IMG/VR virus record: IMGVR_UViG_3300026549_000039
Location: 1 to 64,000 of that record
Strand: one strand, 5' to 3'
Origin: a virus
Lineage: Duplodnaviria; Caudoviricetes
Length of the DNA stretch: 64,000 nt
This document shows positions 8,407 to 16,414 of this stretch, piece after piece. A program made the translations under genes and the position numbers. Under the pieces are notes generated by a model. The model had not been told where the DNA came from, searched no databases, and worked only from the letters and a program-made list of their open reading frames with translations. Within the stretch, counting starts at the first letter, position 1, and every line of letters begins with the position of its first letter.

Positions 8407-8871
8407 ATGATGAGCAGCAAGAAGACGTTGGTAGTTAAGGGTCAAAGCGGAGTTTTACCGAGCGGCATGGCCTGGATGGAGATGGACGGGGAAATCTGGG
8501 TGTACGGCAAGAACGCCATGGGAGAGAATGAGTGGTTAGTTCCTGCTCTCAGCCTGCTTGACCCCGCTGACGCAGACGAGATGGCCTGCCTTGGCACCAT
8601 GCTGAATCAGGAAGCCGAGCAGATGGAGAAAGACGCTCATTGGTACGGTACCACCTGGATGGACAGCATTATTGGAGACGGGGAGCTCGACGAGTGGCAG
8701 GACATGGACTATTTTGCCTTCCAGCAGGCCCTGAGCAACGCTAATGACCCCGCCTTCACACCAGACAGCGAAGACGTAGACTACAGCAGCGTAGATGGTG
8801 AGTTCTATGTGCTGGCTGTAGATGCTGCGTGGAATACCCTGTGCAACGCCCTTGGTGACGATGAGGACTAG
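8407..8871 (+). CDS. very acidic hypothetical protein
   Basis: AAGGAGG RBS; D/E-rich. Confidence 0.8.
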   Translation: MMSSKKTLVVKGQSGVLPSGMAWMEMDGEIWVYGKNAMGENEWLVPALSLLDPADADEMACLGTMLNQEAEQMEKDAHWYGTTWMDSIIGDGELDEWQDMDYFAFQQALSNANDPAFTPDSEDVDYSSVDGEFYVLAVDAAWNTLCNALGDDED

Positions 8872-8876
8872 CGGCT

Positions 8877-9287
8877 ATGATGTACTGGGACCCAGACCTG
8901 CATGAAATGGTGTGTGATGAGGAGGAGACCCCGTTCAAGCTGAATCCACCTAAAGAGGTGCCTAGTTGCCCACAGGTTGACCCCCTCTCACTGTATGCTG
9001 CGTTAAAGCTCGCTAGTGTGCCAAAATCAGAGTACACTAGCTGGAACGTGAAACCTGTCGTGACAACACCCGCCAAGATTCTAGCCTTTTCACTCTTCTT
9101 GGTGGAGGCGCTTTATGGGTGTGCAATACTGCTCTGGATTTTCTGCTCTTTCATACTCCCGATGACCGATCACCTTCCATCGTTTCTAGGGCTAGTTGTA
9201 GCCCCCATAGCTTTAGGCGTATGGGTTTATTACGCAGAAGAAAAGGAGATAGCAAAGGGAGAAGATGAATCACTGTGTGGGCTGTAG
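8877..9287 (+). CDS. membrane protein with 2 predicted TM helices
   Basis: Hydrophobic stretches ILAFSLFL...CSFIL and FLGLVVAPIALGVWVYY. Confidence 0.7.
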   Translation: MMYWDPDLHEMVCDEEETPFKLNPPKEVPSCPQVDPLSLYAALKLASVPKSEYTSWNVKPVVTTPAKILAFSLFLVEALYGCAILLWIFCSFILPMTDHLPSFLGLVVAPIALGVWVYYAEEKEIAKGEDESLCGL

Positions 9288-9604
9288 GCATATGTGAAAG
9301 ATGCGGGACAGTGGTAGCTTTCAGAACAACGACCCCGGTAGTCAAGTCCTTAATGCGGGGTCACAGCTACTACTGTCCCGTATGTGGTATGTACAAGCTG
9401 CTGAAAATCCATGCAATTCCTAATGCGCAGCAGCTTGATAAGGCGTATAATGAGCTCCGTGTAGGAATCATCCTCGAATCCAATACGGAGGTCAGTCAGT
9501 ACAATGCTCAAGAAGACGCAACCGAAGGACTTGTTAAGAAATATAAAGACCCCAACAGCTTGTGGTGGCTCGACGAAGCCAATCAAGCTCCTGAAGGGGA
9601 CTAA
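9275..9604 (+). CDS. zinc-ribbon protein
   Basis: CERC...CPVC. Confidence 0.65.
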   Translation: MWAVGICERCGTVVAFRTTTPVVKSLMRGHSYYCPVCGMYKLLKIHAIPNAQQLDKAYNELRVGIILESNTEVSQYNAQEDATEGLVKKYKDPNSLWWLDEANQAPEGD

Positions 9605-11126
9605 CCCCGGCACATTGACAACCAAAGGAGGAAGTCTGGTAGATACCAGCATGAGGATGAATACACAGAGACAGGTAGTTGAAATCAAAGTAGGATACAC
9701 GTATTCCAGGATAGTGACCCCCAAGGAAGCAATCGCCCTTGCGGCGAAGGAGTTCTCTGCATTCGCCCGCAATGCTCAGTATCAGACTCTCTATCAGCGC
9801 GGGTTGTGGGATGGCCGCTACTCCATGGTCAACAAGAAGGACGGGTCATTCGGTACAGGTATGCTGGCCGACATCAAGGCATACCTAGAGCATGAGATCG
9901 GAGCAGCTATAGAGGTAACCGATCTCAGGGAAATGCCCCCGTCCAGCTACTCCTATGAGTGGCTGTTTGACAAGCCTCTGCGTGAGGCCCAAGTGGGTGC
10001 GCTGGAGAAACTTAACAGCAACACAAGCGGGATAATCCGCATGGTTACAGGGTCAGGAAAAACGAATGCCTTCAGCAAGCTGATTCAAGAAAGAGGGGTC
10101 CGAACTCTGGTATGTGTCCCCAGTAAGGAGCTACTCTACCAAACCGCAGAAGTGTTAAACAGCAACATTGGCGGTAAGGACTTCAAGCTGGGCTTGCTTG
10201 GCGACGGACACTGGCCTGATGAGCGTAGCACAGTGGTTGTAGCGATGTATCAGAGCCTGGTCTCTCTACACGGGAAGACCCCAGAGGAACGGGCGCAGTT
10301 CATCGAAACCATGGGCAGCTTTGACATGCTGATTTGTGACGAGTGCCACAAGGTGTGCTCGAACGACAGCATCACAAAGACTTGGGAGACCATCATGGAC
10401 ATCAACACCTACTACCGCTACGGATTCTCCGCGACCCCGTATGAAAAGAAGGGCACCGTGGCGGAAATGCTACAAAGGTCTGCCTTTGGCAAGATTATCT
10501 ATGACATGAACATGAAAGAGGCACGTGAGGCCGGATACGTGACCCCGTTCACTGTATACATGCTAAAGCCCGAGTATCCCAGAGAGCTGACCCGGCAGGG
10601 CACTACTGGAATGACCTGGAACGAGGCCCATGACTACTACATTGGGAACAACGCTACCAGGAATGACGCCGTAGTGCAGGCTGTAGGCTTGCTCCTGAAG
10701 GATAACAGGAAGGTGATGGTGGTAGCTCAAAGGATACAACACAATGAGCTGCTCGCCAAAATGTTCGCAGAGACCTACGGAGAGGATAATGTGTACCTGC
10801 TGCATGGACAGCTTGACAGTACATACAGGAAGAAGAGTATGAGTGAGTTCAAAGCACGAAAGACCCCCTGCATCATGGTGGCAAGCTCTGTAGGGAATGA
10901 CGGCATCGACATCCCAGACATTGATGGGCTCGTGCTTGCTCATGGTGGCAAGTCCTTCTTCCAGAACGTGCAGAGGACAGGCAGAGGACTGAGGTCTGCA
11001 CAAGGCAAGAAGGACCTTGTGTTTATTGACTTCAATGATGCAGCCTTGGGCCGCTGGTTCCAGAACCACACCAAGAAGAGGGTGGAGTACTATCAGGATC
11101 TGGGCGCTAAGGTTGTATTTGCATAG
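9504..11126 (+). CDS. SF2 DExH helicase, UvsW-like (true start probably near 9636-9657)
   Basis: Motifs MVTGSGKT, DECH, SAT, GIDIP, QRTGRGLR. Confidence 0.92.
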   Translation: MLKKTQPKDLLRNIKTPTACGGSTKPIKLLKGTNPGTLTTKGGSLVDTSMRMNTQRQVVEIKVGYTYSRIVTPKEAIALAAKEFSAFARNAQYQTLYQRGLWDGRYSMVNKKDGSFGTGMLADIKAYLEHEIGAAIEVTDLREMPPSSYSYEWLFDKPLREAQVGALEKLNSNTSGIIRMVTGSGKTNAFSKLIQERGVRTLVCVPSKELLYQTAEVLNSNIGGKDFKLGLLGDGHWPDERSTVVVAMYQSLVSLHGKTPEERAQFIETMGSFDMLICDECHKVCSNDSITKTWETIMDINTYYRYGFSATPYEKKGTVAEMLQRSAFGKIIYDMNMKEAREAGYVTPFTVYMLKPEYPRELTRQGTTGMTWNEAHDYYIGNNATRNDAVVQAVGLLLKDNRKVMVVAQRIQHNELLAKMFAETYGEDNVYLLHGQLDSTYRKKSMSEFKARKTPCIMVASSVGNDGIDIPDIDGLVLAHGGKSFFQNVQRTGRGLRSAQGKKDLVFIDFNDAALGRWFQNHTKKRVEYYQDLGAKVVFA

Positions 11127-11192
11127 TATAGAACGGTGTTGTGCCAAAAGCATGACCCCATAAAACGGAAATAGTTAGACAATTTGCAGGCA

Positions 11193-11220
11193 TTGACATT
11201 ACAGCGTTTGGCTGTATTAT
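11193..11220 (+). promoter_or_regulatory. sigma70-type promoter with overlapping palindrome
   Basis: TTGACA-16 bp-TATTAT; TACAGC/GCTGTA inverted repeat across the spacer. Confidence 0.65.
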
Positions 11221-11290
11221 GGAATGTATAGACAATTCCTTTTCTGTATGGGTAGCGTCTATGCATTCTTGCTTTTTCTGGAGGTATGAC

Positions 11291-11887
11291 ATGTCGAAGT
11301 TCTTAAACAGCAACCCCGTTGATCGCGTTGATATGGTGGACACATCATATCCCGGCCTGATGGCTGGTACGAAGGAGCTAATAGGTGCTGCGTGCGCTGT
11401 CGTGGACAAGCTCAACATCCCTGACAGCAAACACGTGTTCGCAGCCGAGATGCTGTTGCTGTCTGGGCTTAGCCTGTTGATGGTCGCAGACAAAGGGTTC
11501 AGCAGCAACATCCACTACGACAACCTGCACATTGACGGTAAGAAGCTGCCTGTACAGACGGTTAGTGTTCGCATTACTACCAATGCCCCCGCTGATGCAA
11601 ACCTGGATCGTCCGTCCCCGGTACGCAGCATGAAGGAAAATCCCAATCAGGAGGTAGAGGCTGAGGCTGAGCCTACCCCTGTAGAAGACTCTCTTGATGA
11701 TGACTACCCCAATGTGCAGGACGCAAGCGAGTATGAAGAGGCTGTAGCAGAGTGGGAGAGGGACCAGCAAAGGTTTGGGGACAAGCCAAAGATGACTGAT
11801 ACTGGAACCAAGATAGGTAAAAGACCCCCTAGCAAACCCTCGGTGCCTAAGAGACCTGCTGGCAACCTTCACGGAGGTGAGAAGTAG
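11291..11887 (+). CDS. hypothetical protein with a disordered acidic-then-basic tail
   Basis: GGAGGT RBS before ATG 11291. Confidence 0.75.
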   Translation: MSKFLNSNPVDRVDMVDTSYPGLMAGTKELIGAACAVVDKLNIPDSKHVFAAEMLLLSGLSLLMVADKGFSSNIHYDNLHIDGKKLPVQTVSVRITTNAPADANLDRPSPVRSMKENPNQEVEAEAEPTPVEDSLDDDYPNVQDASEYEEAVAEWERDQQRFGDKPKMTDTGTKIGKRPPSKPSVPKRPAGNLHGGEK

Positions 11888-11890
11888 ATT

Positions 11891-13273
11891 ATGCTTTTCG
11901 GAGAGTTTGTAACCAAGCTCGAAAAAGCGAGTGGAAAGAAGGCCAAGGAAAAGATCATCGCTGATGCGTGCAAAGCTGCCCCTTGGATAAAGGACGCCAT
12001 TGTGGCCACCTATGACCCCTTCTGCCAGTATTACATCAAGAATGGGTTGCCAAAGGTGGTAGTAGCGTCTGCCAAGTCGGACAGCACTGTAGACTTTGAC
12101 GAGAAATTCTGGACTGGAACTGTGCAGCCTCTACTGGCTGGTATGAACCAGCGTAGGTGGAACAAGGCAGAGGTGGTAGACCAGCTGAGCCTGGCCTTCG
12201 CTAACCTCAACCAGGGAGACAGGGAGGCTCTAAAACGTATCATTCTCAAGGACTTGAGGGTAGGAGTAGGGCCAAAGGGTTACAATGCAGCACTTGGTGA
12301 GAATACCCTCCCTGTGCCCGATACGCAGCTCTGTAAGACATGGGACCCCGATCTTAATATAAACGTAAAGGGGTGGTGGGTAACGCCCAAACTGAACGGC
12401 CTACGTGGGCGCTGGACGGTAAGAAATGATAGGTTTGCATTCCTTACCAGGGAGGACTATCCGCTCATAGGATTCCCCTTTATTGAGGAGGAACTCAAGG
12501 CTATACAGGAGAAGTATGGCCTAGTTATGATCGACGGTGAGATATTCAGCTTCGACCTCCCCTTCCAAACCATCATGAGCATTGCCAGGACTGAGAAGGA
12601 GGTGTCCCCGCAGGACAAGGCAAAGCTCAAGTTCCATGTGTTCAACATCAGGAAGGAGACCCCGTACAAGACCACAAAGGATATGGTCAACGAGCTGAAC
12701 GCTATCTTCAAGAATAAGGACAGCTATCAGTACGTTACCAAGCTGGACTACGAGTGGATGGGCAACAGGCCCGCAGCCATAATAGCTAAGTGCCAGAGCT
12801 ACACCAACCTAGATTATGAAGGGATTGTACTCCGTCACCCCGATATGGCTTGGGAACCAGCCAAGCGCAACAACCACCTTATGAAGTACAAGATATTCTA
12901 TGAGACCGATCTAAAGGTGGTTGACATACTCTTCGGGGCTGAGGGTAAGAAGTGGGAGTCTACAGTTGCAGCCCTGCTGTGTGAGGGCAAGGTACCAGCA
13001 CGCAGGGCAAGAATAGGCAACCATACGATCTGGAAACCCGTGTCTGGTTCGGTTAAGGATTATGTAGGAGAGGAGATTCGTGAGATCCCTGTGCAGGTTG
13101 AGGCTTCATGCTCGAAATGCACGGATGCTGAACGAATGACCCTCACCAAGGTTGGACGCGACCTCATTGGCCTCACAGCGGAGGTGTCGTTCCAGGCGTT
13201 CGGGGACAAACCGAGCCAGGATGGTGTGTACTCGTTGCAGTTTCCAGTGTTTCAGAAGTTCAAAGACATCTAA
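11891..13273 (+). CDS. lig: ATP-dependent DNA ligase
   Basis: N-terminal DNA-binding region (IILKDLRVGVG); motifs KLNGLR, IDGEI, FHVFN, EGIVLR, MKYK; OB-fold SLQFPVF. Confidence 0.92.
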   Translation: MLFGEFVTKLEKASGKKAKEKIIADACKAAPWIKDAIVATYDPFCQYYIKNGLPKVVVASAKSDSTVDFDEKFWTGTVQPLLAGMNQRRWNKAEVVDQLSLAFANLNQGDREALKRIILKDLRVGVGPKGYNAALGENTLPVPDTQLCKTWDPDLNINVKGWWVTPKLNGLRGRWTVRNDRFAFLTREDYPLIGFPFIEEELKAIQEKYGLVMIDGEIFSFDLPFQTIMSIARTEKEVSPQDKAKLKFHVFNIRKETPYKTTKDMVNELNAIFKNKDSYQYVTKLDYEWMGNRPAAIIAKCQSYTNLDYEGIVLRHPDMAWEPAKRNNHLMKYKIFYETDLKVVDILFGAEGKKWESTVAALLCEGKVPARRARIGNHTIWKPVSGSVKDYVGEEIREIPVQVEASCSKCTDAERMTLTKVGRDLIGLTAEVSFQAFGDKPSQDGVYSLQFPVFQKFKDI

Positions 13274-13286
13274 GGAGGATATTGCT

Positions 13287-13796
13287 ATGCCTATGGGATT
13301 TAAGCCGCACGTGAATCGCGTTTGGGAGTTCAGCAAGCTGATGGGAATACTGAAGGAAGCTATGGGGCCGGAGGTGGTAACAGACCCCGGTTGGTTAGGC
13401 CTCCCCTACAAGTTCTACATGCCCTACCTAGCCTTTGAGAGCAACCCAGAGGATGGGTACGACCAGCTTCACGTGGTAAAGATTAGCGCCACAGGTCTGT
13501 TCTACATACACAGACTCGATAGTATAACAGGCGAGCCTATATCTCAAGACCCCGTTCTGTTTCTTGGGGATGGCAGGAATGAGGGATACGTTGTAGTCAG
13601 GTCCCATGCAGATGATTCTATAGAGCTGGCACGGGCTACTCTTTTTGATAAGGACGGGGTGGCTGTAGCACAGACGTATACCAGGCTTATCAGGCTGTGG
13701 GGGACAGAGGATGTGGAGACCCTGTTAAGCAGCTTCCTTAGCATGAGAGAGTTACAGAAGCTCAAAATAGGGGCGCTTAAGAAGGCAACGTTCTAG
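13287..13796 (+). CDS. hypothetical protein
   Basis: AAGGAGG RBS before ATG 13287. Confidence 0.8.
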   Translation: MPMGFKPHVNRVWEFSKLMGILKEAMGPEVVTDPGWLGLPYKFYMPYLAFESNPEDGYDQLHVVKISATGLFYIHRLDSITGEPISQDPVLFLGDGRNEGYVVVRSHADDSIELARATLFDKDGVAVAQTYTRLIRLWGTEDVETLLSSFLSMRELQKLKIGALKKATF

Positions 13797-13869
13797 GCTG
13801 TGGGGTATAATAGGCTCATCCTAGGCTGTAACAAGCCGCTTATCTTTCAGGAAGGACGTGTTGGCTACT

Positions 13870-14379
13870 ATGGCTGAAAACGATGTTGTATACGGCTACC
13901 ACGAATTTTGGGCAACAGGGGACTGGTTTGACGCCAATGACCCTGTACTGCGTGTAGGCGAGCGTGGGAACGATGTAACGCGCCTTGTTTCAAAATTTGG
14001 GGACGGGTCTACACCGTGGAGCAGGCTGCCCCAATTTACCTTCCAGTCTGCCTACGACTGCTACCTCCGGCTGGAGACACTACAAGGTGTCCCCGTGGCA
14101 AACCTCAAATCCGAGGCTGACTGGCTGAACAGCATGAAAAACCCCAGCATTGACTGGGACTCGCTAACAGCAGCGCAGAAGGCGGAATTGAAGGGGCCTC
14201 CTGGTGAACAGGGCGAACAGGGAGTGGCTGGTAAATCTGCCTTCCAGCTGGCGCAGGACGGCGGGTTCACGGGCACGCAGGCGGAATGGCTGGAGAGCCT
14301 CAAGGGTGAACCAGCGGTCAACGCCGACGTGATCGATGGCAACCTTCCCGTGCAGAGTAGTGGAGGCGGGGGCGCGTGA
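13870..14379 (+). CDS. fibre-type protein with Mtd_N/hyaluronidase-like N-terminus and short collagen segment
   Basis: NDPVLRVGE...KFGDGSTPWSRL; GPPGEQGEQG; GKSAFQLA..GFTGTQAEWLESLKG. Confidence 0.75.
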   Translation: MAENDVVYGYHEFWATGDWFDANDPVLRVGERGNDVTRLVSKFGDGSTPWSRLPQFTFQSAYDCYLRLETLQGVPVANLKSEADWLNSMKNPSIDWDSLTAAQKAELKGPPGEQGEQGVAGKSAFQLAQDGGFTGTQAEWLESLKGEPAVNADVIDGNLPVQSSGGGGA

Positions 14380-14399
14380 CCCCATAGGAAACAGGAATA

Positions 14400-14455
14400 G
14401 GCGGCGGCTTTGAGGGATCTAAAACAGCAACCCCCAGAGCCGCCGCCAAGTTTTT
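14400..14455 (+). terminator. intrinsic terminator
   Basis: GGCGGCGGCTTTG/CAGAGCCGCCGCC stem followed by AAGTTTTT. Confidence 0.7.
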
Positions 14456-14520
14456 AAAACAGCAACCCATAGCTGTAGGCTTATGCTACGGCTGCTGGTC
14501 CTTTTAACCCCGAAGGGGTG

Positions 14521-14542
14521 CCCGCCCGTTAGGGCGGGTTTT
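14521..14542 (+). terminator. second intrinsic terminator
   Basis: CCCGCCC-GTTA-GGGCGGG-TTTT. Confidence 0.7.
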
Positions 14543-14590
14543 ATACTCCTATATACCTACTCCTATACCTACTCCTATATATACTTCTAT
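14542..14590. repeat. AT-rich short repeats beside the iterons, possible unwinding element
   Basis: TACTCCTATA x3 plus TACTTCTATA. Confidence 0.65.
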
Positions 14591-14636
14591 AAGGGCCCCG
14601 TAAACGGTTCAGCCGCAGCGGTTTAGGTGCTGTTTT

Positions 14637-14816
14637 TGGCGTCCACGAAATCACGTTTTTGGCGTCCACGAAATCACGAAAATGGCGTCCACGAAATCAC
14701 GGTTTTTGGCGTCCACGAAATCACGATTGGCGTCCACGAAATCACGTTTTTGGGTTTGACCCCCTATACCGTACCGTGATTTCGTGGACGCCATTTTCGT
14801 GATTTCGTGGACGCCA
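14637..14816. repeat. iteron array, putative replication origin
   Basis: TGGCGTCCACGAAATCACG exact at 14637, 14660, 14683, 14707, 14728 and inverted at 14775, 14798; 21-24 bp period; abuts the rep stop codon. Confidence 0.88.
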
Positions 14817-15614
14817 CTACTGCTTTGCACCTATGAATATCCTATCCCCATAGAGGGAGGGTACCAGCATACCGTAGTGATCTGCCGACCTATCTACACA
14901 CCGCTCATACCACCTTTGTACACCCTCATGCCTCCTCCTGTTTGAGTTGGATGTCCACTCTGTAGGCTTCGGTATACCTGTTATCCTACAGAATGTTTCT
15001 ATGGACAGATTTACAACAGGCATATCAGGCTGCTGATTCATTTTGTAATGCACAAGCATCTTACGCAGCAACATGAACGCATATACAGGTATCTTGTTCC
15101 TACCCCTCTGGAATCTGTACAGGCACACAGGAGCATCAATGGGTGAAGGCTGGTTTACATCACCCCACTTACCAAAATGGTACAGATACCTAAGCTCAAG
15201 GATTCCTGTTTCAGTGTCCAGGTTGAAGCTGTGAAGGATAATTCCTAATTCACAAAGGATAGTGCAAGCCTCAAGGAAGCGGTTAGCCCATGCAGTACGT
15301 GACCTGCCTATAGCGGTAGCCTGGCACCCTTTTGGGTATACCTGCTGTGCTAACTCATTTAGTTTCACAGGTATGTCCAGCTTCGGTCTATACCGCTTCT
15401 TACCATCCAAGTATCCTGATTTATCCTGCTGTTGTACGCAGTTGTGCATAATGAATAAAGAAAGCAGCAAATCAGCAACCGGGGTACACCAATACTGACC
15501 CGATGCTACCAGAGTATCATGGATCCAGTTGAGTAACCTGTTGCTACGGCTGTTTTGATAGACTTTTATGGTGTGAGAAAGTACACCTGCTCCACCGCTA
15601 TTCCTGATCTTCAT
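14817..15614 (-). CDS. putative plasmid-type replication initiator (Rep_3/TrfA-like tandem winged helix)
   Basis: YAFMLLRKMLVHY...NLSIETFCRITGI resembles the second winged-helix domain of initiators; directly adjacent to the iterons. Confidence 0.65.
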   Translation of the reverse strand: MKIRNSGGAGVLSHTIKVYQNSRSNRLLNWIHDTLVASGQYWCTPVADLLLSLFIMHNCVQQQDKSGYLDGKKRYRPKLDIPVKLNELAQQVYPKGCQATAIGRSRTAWANRFLEACTILCELGIILHSFNLDTETGILELRYLYHFGKWGDVNQPSPIDAPVCLYRFQRGRNKIPVYAFMLLRKMLVHYKMNQQPDMPVVNLSIETFCRITGIPKPTEWTSNSNRRRHEGVQRWYERCVDRSADHYGMLVPSLYGDRIFIGAKQ

Positions 15615-15660
15615 GACAAACTACACCCCTACTTTCGTAGAATTTGCCATCTCAGATCGG

Positions 15661-15690
15661 TTGGCGGTACACAGGCAGATATGATATAAT
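15661..15690 (+). promoter_or_regulatory. promoter antisense to the rep leader
   Basis: TTGGCG-18 bp-TATAAT with extended -10 TGn. Confidence 0.7.
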
Positions 15691-15696
15691 CTAGCA

Positions 15697-15780
15697 CAGT
15701 GAGTCACCGACCTCAGCGCTATCTGAGATGGTGAATAGGTAGGTCTGACTTTGAGGGGTCTGGGCCTACCGTTCCTTTTG
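15697..15780 (+). ncRNA. putative ~80-nt counter-transcript (copy-control antisense RNA)
   Basis: Upstream promoter; ends in GGTAGGTC/GGCCTACC hairpin plus TTCCTTTT; lies opposite the rep 5' UTR. Confidence 0.55.
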
Positions 15781-15807
15781 ATTATAACATAGCATCCAAT
15801 GGATGCT
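15781..15807 (-). promoter_or_regulatory. rep promoter with operator-like palindrome
   Basis: Minus-strand TGTTATAAT at 15789-15781; AGCATCC-AAT-GGATGCT at 15791-15807. Confidence 0.65.
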
Positions 15808-15825
15808 GATGAAAAGAACGCACAT

Positions 15826-15864
15826 AAAACAAGAGCCGGATGCTGTTCAAAAGCATCCGGCTCT
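15826..15864 (-). terminator. intrinsic terminator
   Basis: 13-bp stem AGAGCCGGATGCT/AGCATCCGGCTCT followed by a T-rich tract on the minus strand. Confidence 0.8.
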
Positions 15865-15929
15865 CGCTCATTAGGAGGTTTTTCCGTATGAAGGAATCGC
15901 TGTGTATGTCGGCGCTGTGCCTGCGGGTA

Positions 15930-16310
15930 CTAGATAGCAGGATCGGGAACGGAGACACTCTCCCCGCCGAACTGGTTGCGCTCAGGCAGCCCAAGCTCGC
16001 CATCGGGGGACTTCTCCTTGCCAGAGAAGTTGATGACATTCGGGAACTTGTTCCCAGCCATAACCGTTACGGTAAAGCCGGAACTAGCATCACCCGTCAC
16101 ATCAGGATAGAATCCAGGCGTCATCAGCTTCTTTAGGTCAGCCTCGCTGAGAGAAGCAAAAGCAGCCTTCAAGGAATCAGCAGCAACCCCAACCAGCTCG
16201 TGCCACCGCTCGGCAGCAAACGCAGCCCAGTCAGTGGTAGTAGCCTCCAGCGGGGTATTGTTAATAGCATATTTAGTCTTATCCCAAACGAAATCGCCAG
16301 GAATAGCCAT
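15930..16310 (-). CDS. hypothetical protein
   Basis: AAAGGAG RBS; upstream TTGTCT-18-TATACT promoter; downstream terminator. Confidence 0.8.
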   Translation of the reverse strand: MAIPGDFVWDKTKYAINNTPLEATTTDWAAFAAERWHELVGVAADSLKAAFASLSEADLKKLMTPGFYPDVTGDASSGFTVTVMAGNKFPNVINFSGKEKSPDGELGLPERNQFGGESVSVPDPAI

Positions 16311-16414
16311 CGCAAAATCGCTCCTTTCAATACAAGCAAAGATACATCAACTTCAATCTGTCTATCGACTGCTGGCCGCAACTCGATATGCTAAGTATAC
16401 CACACGAAAGCTGG

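Larger units (their letters stand above)
1325..14764 (+). repeat. dispersed strand-polarised motif WGACCCC (about 69 GACCCC copies)
   Basis: Manual count about 69 on plus versus about 6 on minus; only a handful noticed in the remaining 49 kb. Confidence 0.9.

Noticed and set aside
466-13765. Long minus-strand ORFs in the early region (e.g. 466-1257, 2060-2659, 3645-4358)
   Set aside because: Shadows of GC3-rich plus-strand genes that have clear RBSs
14420-14520. Twister ribozyme, suggested by TAAAACAGC
   Set aside because: No matching P2 partner, GAG segment or pseudoknot could be found
1325-14764. GACCCC explained simply as T7-type lagging-strand primase sites
   Set aside because: Orientation fits a leftward fork from the origin, but no mirrored enrichment was noticed to the right and density far exceeds Okazaki-fragment spacing; kept only as a minor alternative
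14637-14816. CRISPR array
   Set aside because: Gaps between direct repeats are only 2-5 bp, two copies are inverted and no cas genes are seen; iterons fit better
15791-15830. Second hammerhead at CTGATGA (15806)
   Set aside because: No correctly placed GAAA, stem II or stem III
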